Shown here: positions 18,903-27,700 of the stretch, piece after piece
Numbering within the stretch: the first letter of the stretch is position 1
Layout: every line of letters begins with the position of its first letter
Source: a virus
Taxonomy: Duplodnaviria; Caudoviricetes
DNA: 64,000 nucleotides
IMG/VR virus record: IMGVR_UViG_3300027586_000007
Span: 1 to 64,000 of that record
Reading direction: 5' to 3' (one strand)
Notes under the pieces: generated by a model
Database searches by the model: none
Told to the model about the DNA's origin: nothing
The model's input: the letters and a program-made list of their open reading frames with translations, nothing else
Position numbers and translations under genes: made by a program

Positions 18903-19686
18903 CGGAGTAGCACTATTACAAGCAGCATCTGGCCTAGAAAGACTAATGGTTGGTTCATCTGCCGCTGGAGTTGTTAAAGATAGCAACGTAGCACAAATAT
19001 CTGCATTCTTATATTACCAAGCTAATGTTGCAGCAAAACTTACGTCAAATAAAGCATTTCAAAGACTTTTTAAAACTACCATATTTAATCAAATAGACAA
19101 AGACTTTGGATTATTTATAGACTCCCAAGCACGTACAAAGCCAAAATCATTGCACCATGTATACGAATGGAATAAGACTGGGCAGACTACTAGTAGATTA
19201 TTTAAGCTAAACAGAATGGATTCAATGGGACTTTCATTTAAAATAAACTATGATCTTAAGTTATCTAGATCTTCTGTGCCTACTAAAAATAGAAAACAAA
19301 AAAGTAGATATGTCTTTGCAAATAAGGCTGCGGTAATGGAAAAAGGAATGCCACTCACAATCAGGCCAAAATCAGCTGAAAGACTGGTATTTGAAATTGA
19401 TGGAGAAGTTGTATTTATGCCAAAAGGTAAATCAGTTACAGTAAGAAGCCCAGGCGGAAGATCTTCTACCAACCAGTTTGATCTTGCATACAGTAGATAT
19501 TTTAGCGGACCTATGGTTTCTCACTCCATAAAAGCTTCTGGGTTCCAAAACATATTTGGATCTAAGTTTGAAAAAGCAATGAGAGTCCCTTCTTCTATAT
19601 CCAAGGTGCGTTATTCTTTTAGTCCAGGTACAATTAGACTACAGGCGGACTCAGCATTAATTGAACAATTTGGAGGGGCAGCATAA
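18892..19686 (+). CDS. Neck/tail-completion protein (putative)
   Basis: TTG start, basic 264-aa ORF in the neck block. Confidence 0.45.
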   Translation: METNGVALLQAASGLERLMVGSSAAGVVKDSNVAQISAFLYYQANVAAKLTSNKAFQRLFKTTIFNQIDKDFGLFIDSQARTKPKSLHHVYEWNKTGQTTSRLFKLNRMDSMGLSFKINYDLKLSRSSVPTKNRKQKSRYVFANKAAVMEKGMPLTIRPKSAERLVFEIDGEVVFMPKGKSVTVRSPGGRSSTNQFDLAYSRYFSGPMVSHSIKASGFQNIFGSKFEKAMRVPSSISKVRYSFSPGTIRLQADSALIEQFGGAA

Positions 19687-20192
19687 TGACAAACTATAAT
19701 ATAGACGCAATGTATGAAATTAGAAAGCATTTATGGAGAGAACTTCAATTAAACAATATGCTAGATCCTAATTCATATTATAGCGATAATTTGGGCGAAG
19801 CAATAATTCCAATTATCCCAGTTCAGCAGGCTCCAGAAATGAGTCAATTTTTAAGCGGCAAGACCCACATTGTTTATGACAAGATAGGTAGCACATACGA
19901 AGAGAACTGGATGATATGTTGCGAAAAGATATCTTTTACAATCTACTCAATAGACCATGCTGAAATAAATGCCATTAGAAATATGATGATGGATGTATTT
20001 AGAAGAATGGACGATTCTGCTAGAGACCTAAATAACTCCAAATCTACAAATAAAATAATATTTCATAACACAATGATCGTAGATATGTCTCCCACAGAGC
20101 CATCTGAGGAGCTAGCAGGCTTTTTGGCGGCAGATATCATACTTGAGGTCAAATACTCTAGGACAGTTGGGGCAACGGGCAGATTCGATTAG
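19686..20192 (+). CDS. Tail terminator protein (putative)
   Basis: Acidic 168-aa ORF immediately before the tail tube. Confidence 0.5.
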   Translation: MTNYNIDAMYEIRKHLWRELQLNNMLDPNSYYSDNLGEAIIPIIPVQQAPEMSQFLSGKTHIVYDKIGSTYEENWMICCEKISFTIYSIDHAEINAIRNMMMDVFRRMDDSARDLNNSKSTNKIIFHNTMIVDMSPTEPSEELAGFLAADIILEVKYSRTVGATGRFD

Positions 20193-20193
20193 T

Positions 20194-20222
20194 TTGCCTT
20201 TTAGTTGATTGTAAGATAAAAT
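20194..20222 (+). promoter_or_regulatory. Promoter TTGCCT-N17-TAAAAT for tail tube gene
   Basis: Spacing fits; ~85-nt leader to the CAGGAGG RBS. Confidence 0.5.
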
Positions 20223-20311
20223 TATACCAAGAGGAAATGAGCCTAGCCAGCTTGATTTAAAGTTTTACAGTAAGTCAATATATATATATTTATTTAACAG
20301 GAGGTTTTAAA

Positions 20312-21010
20312 ATGGCATCAGCCAAAAATATTTTAGTAGGAGCTTCTCCACTATTCTTGTCAGCTTCTGATTCAACCACATCTGGATACGTAGCAGACAT
20401 GGAGCCAGGATCAGCAGGTGGCGTAGCATTCGTAACAAAGAACCAAGCAGCAACACCAGCAATTCCAGCAACAGTTTCATACACAGATACTCTAAATGCA
20501 AACGCAGCAGGAGCATCACCAAAGTGGAGAAACGTAGGATTTACAAACAATGGTCTACAAATTACTTACAACCCATCATACGGTTCAGTAACAGTAGATC
20601 AGCTTCTTGACTCAGCAAAGCTTTTCAAGGAGTCAATGGAAGTTATGATCGCAACAGAGCTTGCAGAAGGTACTCTTGAGAACGTTCTTGCAGTATTCGG
20701 TCAAGCAGGTACAGCAACAGTAACAGGAACTGCAGACGCAAAGAAGTCTACAATTGGTCTAGAAGCAGGAGCTCTTGGTGTTGCACCAACAGAGCGCCAG
20801 CTAGTAGCAGTTGGACAGGCTCCAACAGAAGACGCAACAAAAGCAGAGCGTGTATATTATGCACGTCGTGTTCTTTCTGTACAACAGTCACAATTCTCAC
20901 TTGCTCGTAACGCAGCAACAACATTCCCAGTAACTTTCCGTCTACTTCCAGTAGAAGCAAAGACTGGCTCTGAGTACGGTATTATCGTAGACCGTGTTCT
21001 AGTAGCATAA
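20312..21010 (+). CDS. Major tail (tube) protein
   Basis: WRNVGFTNNGLQITYNPSYGSVTVDQLLD...ATELAEGTLEN...FPVTFRLLP; capsid-like codon bias; terminator follows. Confidence 0.82.
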   Translation: MASAKNILVGASPLFLSASDSTTSGYVADMEPGSAGGVAFVTKNQAATPAIPATVSYTDTLNANAAGASPKWRNVGFTNNGLQITYNPSYGSVTVDQLLDSAKLFKESMEVMIATELAEGTLENVLAVFGQAGTATVTGTADAKKSTIGLEAGALGVAPTERQLVAVGQAPTEDATKAERVYYARRVLSVQQSQFSLARNAATTFPVTFRLLPVEAKTGSEYGIIVDRVLVA

Positions 21011-21029
21011 TTAATATACATTAATTAGT

Positions 21030-21059
21030 AAAACCCCCCTAAGAAATTAGGGGGGTTTT
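21030..21059 (+). terminator. Rho-independent terminator
   Basis: AAAACCCCCCTAA-GAAA-TTAGGGGGGTTTT. Confidence 0.9.
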
Positions 21060-21063
21060 GTCA

Positions 21064-21092
21064 TTGTATTGGTATTTCTGATATGATACAAT
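21064..21092 (+). promoter_or_regulatory. Promoter TTGTAT-N17-TACAAT (TG-extended)
   Basis: Upstream of the tail chaperone/tape measure operon. Confidence 0.65.
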
Positions 21093-21122
21093 AATTAAGA
21101 CGAGATCCTAGGAGGATTTAAA

Positions 21123-21455
21123 TTGGCAACAACAGTATATGATGTAGAAGAGATTCAACTACAAAATGGCGCAACCGTAAAGCTAAAGCCTTTAACAATT
21201 AAAGAGCTTAGAAAGTTTATGGCAGCCATTGCAAAGACAGCAGAAGTAACTACAGAAGATGAGACGCTAACCATCCTAATCGATGCTTGTGCAGTAGCAC
21301 TAGAGAAGCAGCTTCCAGATTTGGTAAAAGATAGAGACGCATTTGAGGACACTCTTGACGTTCCTACAATTAACCGCATCCTTGAAGTTTGTGGTGGCAT
21401 CAAGATGGATGATCCAAATTTGCTAGCAGCAGCGGTTCTAGCTGGTCAGAACTAG
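21123..21455 (+). CDS. Tail assembly chaperone (G-like)
   Basis: TTG start after AGGAGG; lies between tube and tape measure; slippery heptamer near the 3' end. Confidence 0.8.
   Translation: MATTVYDVEEIQLQNGATVKLKPLTIKELRKFMAAIAKTAEVTTEDETLTILIDACAVALEKQLPDLVKDRDAFEDTLDVPTINRILEVCGGIKMDDPNLLAAAVLAGQN
21416..21422 (+). promoter_or_regulatory. -1 programmed ribosomal frameshift site A AAT TTG
   Basis: X XXY YYZ heptamer in the correct frame (CCA AAT TTG); the -1 frame is open from 21413 to TAG 21781. Confidence 0.8.
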
Positions 21456-21781
21456 ATCTAGCTGCACTAGAAGGAGAAGTATTCTTAATAGGCAACTATA
21501 AGAACTACGAAGAATTGGAAGACAGTCTTTCAATGCCAGAGTTAATTCAAACCTTCTCAGCAATGCAAAAGACTGAATCAGAAAAAAGAAAGTTTCTGGC
21601 ATCCATACAAGGCATAGAGCTTGACGGTGGAGAACAAGAAGGAAGCAAGAGCTTTGAAGATGTAAAAAGAAATGCTCTTGGAATATCTGCAGATGCATCT
21701 GATGTTGTTTCATTACAAGGTCAGTTTGCTTCAGAAGCAGGGTTTGGTATCGGAGCGGGACTCGGATACAAAAAGGAGTAG
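21416..21781 (+). CDS. Tail assembly chaperone, frameshifted C-terminal part (GT-like)
   Basis: The -1 frame reads ...FASSSGSSWSELDLAALEGEVFLIGNYKNYEELEDSLSMPEL..., extending the track's 21515 ORF upstream. Confidence 0.75.
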   Translation, partial: KFASSSGSSWSELDLAALEGEVFLIGNYKNYEELEDSLSMPELIQTFSAMQKTESEKRKFLASIQGIELDGGEQEGSKSFEDVKRNALGISADASDVVSLQGQFASEAGFGIGAGLGYKKE

Positions 21782-21785
21782 GTAG

Positions 21786-24700
21786 TTGGCAGATCAAAAT
21801 ATAGTTACCAACATAACTGCGACGGCTAATTTTAGTAGCCTAACAGCGCAGTTACAAGCGGTGACCACCCAGCTTCTAAAACTTCAAGCTACAACAATTG
21901 GTTTAAATAAAAATTTAACTAGCCAAGTTGGAGTAATGAATCGTCAGTTTGACGAAACCATGCGCTCCACTGGCCAGTTTGCCAGACACTTTGTAACACT
22001 AACTTCAGACGTATCTAAGTTCGGACAGAACCTAGATAGCGGAAGAATGAAGCTAGGGCAATACTTTAGAACCTGGCAAGGACATACACAAAAAACTAGC
22101 TCATTAGTTAGAGACTTAGCTAAACAGCAAGTAATGCTTGAGAACGCAATCATACAGCCGTTAGGTAAAAACGCTCAAGGATTAATGCAATACAACGTAA
22201 TGGTTCAATCTGGACTAGACGCAACAAAAAATAAGTCTGCATTATTAAGACAAGAACTATCCATTATGAACAAGGTAATGATGGATGGGTCTAACCAGCT
22301 TATTAACTGGGGTAAGAATACACAGTGGGCTGGTAGACAACTTACTGTAGGACTTACAGTACCTCTAGCAGCATTTGGAATGGCTGCAGCAAAAGCATTT
22401 AGGCAAGCAGACGAAGAGCTTGTAAGACTTACAAAGGTTTATGGTGGATTAACAGCAACATCATCAGCAGACCTGTTAAAAGTTAGAAAAGATGTATCAG
22501 CTCTGTCTAGAGAATTAGCATCTGGGTTAGGTGCAAACTTTACAGAAACAATTGCCTTGGCCGCTGACATTGCTGCAACTGGTAAAGAGGGCGTAGATCT
22601 TCTAGACTCAACAAGACAAACAACTAGACTTGCAATTCTTGGTGAAGTTGATAGACAAGAGGCAATGAAAGCTACTCTATCAATTCAAACAGCATTTGGG
22701 CAAAGTACAGAAGAGCTTGCTCAATCCATTGACTTTCTTAACGCAGTTGAAAACCAAACTTCAACAAGCCTTGCAGATTTAGTAGAGGCTATCCCTAAAG
22801 CTGGCCCAGTTGTAAAAGCATTGGGTGGAGATGTTCAAGATCTTGCACTTTATTTAACAGCAATGCGTGAGGGTGGAATTAATGCTTCAGAAGGAGCTAA
22901 CGCACTAAAGTCGGCATTAGCGTCGATAATTAATCCAACCAAGGTTGCTAAAGAGCAGTTCATGGGAATGGGAATTGATTTAGCTGGAATTGTTAATAAA
23001 AATGCTGGCAACTTAACTGGAACAATCATGGCCCTTAAGGATTCTTTAGACTCACTACAACCATTGCAAAGAGCAAGAGCAATCGAGCAGCTATTTGGAA
23101 AGTTCCAGTTTGCAAGAATCAATGCGTTGTTTGAAAACCTTGGAAAAGAAGGAAGTCAGACTTTACAAGTATTAGACTTAATGAAAGCTAGTACACAAGA
23201 TTTAGCTAGTATATCTGAGCGAGAATTAAAAGCAATGACAGAGTCTGCTTCTGGTAAATACAGAAGAGCACTTGAAGCCGTAAAGGCAGACCTTGCAGTA
23301 ATTGGAGAGCAATTCTTAAAAGTAGGAACATTTGTATTAAATGCAATTGATGGAATTGTAAAGTTTATTGGAAATCTTCCTGGACCTATTAAAGCAGTAC
23401 TAGGATTTATTGGAAGTCTTACAGCAATTGCTGGACCTATTATTATGTTAACTGGTGTACTCGCCAACTTCTTTGGATATATAATAAAAGGAATATTTGC
23501 GTTAAAGAATATTGGCAAAGGCGGAACAGGATTTAAGCTATTAACACCAGAGTTAATGGCAGCATCAAATGCTGCAAAAACCGTAGAGCAATCATTTTAT
23601 AGTGACACAAAAGCAGCTGCTACATTTTCAGATGCAGTCTTAACTTTAGCAGCGTCATTTGATAAACTAAAATTAAGCGCCATGTCTTCTACTGTTGCAA
23701 CAAGCAATAGCATGTCTACTGTAGCAGGAAGCCCAGTTTTGCGTGGCGGAGGAAGAATTGTAGACAAAGACAACCCTCTTGTAGGTAGACCTTATTCAAG
23801 AGACATGTCTCACGTTATTCCAACTGGATCAAAAACTGCAGAACAAAGAGCAGGTGAAACAATATTCTCTACTGTTCCTGGTCCTAAGCCAGTAAACCTA
23901 AGACTTTCAAATTCACCACAAACATACATGAATGATGATCTTCCAAGAATTCCTGGAGTTACTTCAGTAAATGGAGTCTCTAATGGTATAGTAGCAGCAG
24001 AAGCAGCAAAATGGCATTCAATGACGGCAGCAATTGCTATGCAGTCAAAAGCAGAATTAGCATTACTTAAAACAGAAGTAGCTGCTACAGGAACAGTAAC
24101 TGCGTCATTAACAGATTCATACCAAGCATTACTTCCACAAATGACAAAGATAACTTCTTTGGCAGCAGACGAAACTGCTTTAATTGTTAAGCAGCTACAA
24201 GCTGGTAAGATTACAGTAGAAGCAGCAAGAGCTAAAATATTTGCATTAAATGCACAAGTAGAAGCAATGATGGTTCAAACAGCACAAGGTGTTGCAGCAG
24301 CTCAAGCAAGAACTATTAGTTTGACTACAGTGCCATTAACAACTCAGCCAGTTGTAAGCGCAGCTGGAAAATCAAACATGAAAGAGCTTTTCCATAAATC
24401 AGAAACATCTAAGTTAGTAGACTCAATAGCACGTGGTCTTGGAGTTAGAACTTCTGGAGCTGGTTATAGTATTCAAACAACAAAGCCTAGATTTAATGAA
24501 GGCGGTAAGGTTGAAAAGTTTAGTGCAAATAAAACACGGGTTACTGGACCAGCATCAATTGACTATGATGATAGAATGGGATCCGTACCGCTTGGTGGAT
24601 ATGTATTAAATCAGGAGGCGTCATTAGACCCAAGAAACGCAGCATTAGTCGCAGCAGCACCTTCAACACATAAAGATTCTGGAAGCAACATCACTGCCTT

Positions 24701-27700
24701 GCTTACTCCACAGGAGACAGTGTTTGGTCCAGGACTACAGAATAACCCAGAACTTTTTAGAGCAGTAGATGCTGCCAACAATGGCACACCACTGCAAGCA
24801 AACATGGCTGGCGGAAACATTACACTCTCTAGATCTAATTATGGTTTAGTACCACCGTCTGCTGCAATAATAAGAGGCTTGTTTACATCAAATAGAACAG
24901 CATATAGAAAACAGTTAGTTACACTAGCAGAAAAAAGAAATTTAGAAAGAGCAGCCGTAAGAGAAAGAGATGCACAGTATGTAGGCGGTTATGGATCCAG
25001 ATCTTGGTTAGCTAGAGGAGCAACAACAAGGTCCGTTCTTAACGACTATATAAAGTCTTTACCTGCTGGAGAAAGAAGAAGAGCTGCAAGCATACTAGAA
25101 GATTTTTCTGGCTCTATAAGAACTGGCAGAGGCGGAATGGACAAAGGATTTGCCAGAGACACCTTTACAATTGAGCCAGGGCATTTAGAGCGTGGTGGGG
25201 CACTTGATAAATTACTAGCAAAGAATAAACTGCCACCATTGGACCTTGAAAGAATTACACACGCTACGCATTTAACTAGAGCATCAGTGAGAGATGGTAG
25301 AAGATTTGTAAGTAAGTATACTGTTGATTATGATTCAAGATCTAATCTTCAGGCAAACCATGGAACCCTAATTGCAAAAAATTTCTTAGAAAGAAATATG
25401 TCTCGTACAGGTAAGTATGACACAATTATGCAACGTGCAGGCGTTCATAGATCAAAATGGTCAGATACCGAAAAAGAAATTGATGCAAAAATTGCTGCGT
25501 CATTAAAGGGCAAAGAGTCAAAGAAAATTGGAGATGAAAAGGGAGACATAACCTTTGATTCATTTATCCCATTTATAGATTCAAGCATTGTTGCTGCAGG
25601 AGGATCTGCGGCTAAGCTAAAGCTTCTAAAAAGAAATGTAGTAGAAAGAAAAAATGCTGGCGGAATGATTGGTGGTTCTGTTACAAAGGGCAAGCGCTCA
25701 TACGGGAGACCACTATTCCTTGGAATGCCTAGAAGAATTAAAGATGTTGAGCAACAAAGAAAAGCTAGACTTCATATGGAAGAAATTAATACTGGACTTA
25801 AAAACAGTAGGTTTGCTTCTATGGAGCCAACAGATTTTGGTAAATTAATAACACCTACATCTGGAAGAAGTTTCCCTGTACCAGGAATCGGTGGGGTATA
25901 TGAAAAGCCAGATGGAACAAGAGTATTCGTTAAACCAGTTATGGATGAAACTGCTGCATTAGCCGAACAACGTGCAACCATCATTGCAAGGCAAGCACAC
26001 GGACTTAATTCTCCACAACAATCAATTAGAACAATGATTGATCCAACTGATCCAACTGGCAAAAGAAAGCTTATTGTTTTAGAGTCTCCATACAATGAGG
26101 CATTTGCTAAGCAGTCAGCAGATTTTACAAAGAAAGATTATTTTAAGCAATTAGTAGCAGCTAACCTAAGAGGCGATAAAGATTTAGGTAGAGGTAATCT
26201 CTACGGAGGCACACTAGCAGATGTAGGAACCGCTGGTGTATTCAAGACGGCTTCTGGTAAGAGAGCTTACGAACCAGAGATGATATCAATGTCAGACCAA
26301 GCACGTATTAACTTGCTTGGAGTAAGGGGCGGAGCAAAGAGATTCTTTGCAGAATCAACATTAAACATACCAAAGGGGATGACACCAAAGCAATATCATG
26401 AAGCAATGATTGCTGAAATTGATACAGTTCTTCCAGCATTAAAGAAAACTATTTCACAATTTAATTTAAATGCAGAAGAGTCAGCTGTATATGCATCTAT
26501 GATTAGAAGACTTGAGCAGGGCAGGAATGTTAACTGGCAAGAATTTCATGGAATTCATTCTGCAGTAAAGCCAGCCAATGGTGTGGCATTAACTCCAGCA
26601 GCATTAAAGAAGCTAAAGGAAGAAGCAGAATTAAGAATAAGACAAAAAGGACATGCAATATCACTTGCAGACAATTCCTTTAAGACACCTTTAAATGGAT
26701 TTAATCATGGAGGAACAATTGGCAATGTCCTTAAGGGATTAGCTATGAGAAGGATTGGTGCAGGATTTGGACCAACTGGAGCACCTAAGCCTAGTGCATA
26801 TGAGTCTGCTCCATGGGGTGTTAACTCGTTATCTATTGAAATGGCAAACACATTGTTTGCAAGTTCTGGTTTAAGAAAACATACACAAAAGCTACTCTAT
26901 GATAAGTTTGCCGCTGCAATGGCAAGAGAAAAGCCTTATGGCTATGTTAAGGATGCACAAGGTTCACTAAAGAATGCTCTTGAGCCATCATCATTAGATT
27001 CAGTAATTAGACAAGCAGCTAGCGATTTAGTTGGCGATAGAAATCTATTAAGACAGCTATCTCCAATCGATAAAGATATTCTTAGAAACAAATATTTAAA
27101 TTGGGATTCAAGAAAAGATACACCAATGACTGCAGAGCTAAAGAAGAAAATCTTTAGCATCGATGGTAAAAGAGAAATGGGTGGACCAGTATCTCCAGGA
27201 CAAAATTATGTTGTCGGAGAAAAGGGCCCAGAAATATTTAGTCCTTCTCAAAGCGGAAAGATTATTCCTGGATACGAAATAGGCGGAGTTATTCGTTACG
27301 GAAAAGATTCATATGGTCGTAAGGGAAATCCTGCGGCTCGTGCAGCACAAGAAAGAGCTAAGGCAGAACGTGCAGCAGCATATGTTCCTGCCCCAGTAGA
27401 AGCACCTGAGCGTAAGCCTGGTCCATTGACTGGATCAAAAACAACAGTAGTTGGCAATGGCGGTGTTAGAACGAACCAATACGGGGTACAAGGTTCTTTG
27501 CCATATATGCCTGGACTCACATTAGGTCATGCAGCTTTAAATAGAACACAAGCAGCTCTACTATCTGCCGCAAAACAAATAGAGATGTCACTCTTTGCAT
27601 TTGGTACAAGCGTTAAAAAAGATGCTCTTATGACTGGAAGAGTCATAAAGTATTCTGGAGACCAACTTGTGGTTGGAGCAAGAATGTTGCCAGGACAAAT

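Noticed and set aside
20237-20260. 7-codon uORF (MSLASLI) in the tail tube leader
   Set aside because: The SD-like AAGAGG is only 2 nt from the ATG and there is no other support; the leader may still hold a conserved motif.
21030-21059. Hairpins at 16999 and 21030 as novel ncRNAs
   Set aside because: They sit right after capsid and tube stops with T-tracts, so they are ordinary intrinsic terminators.
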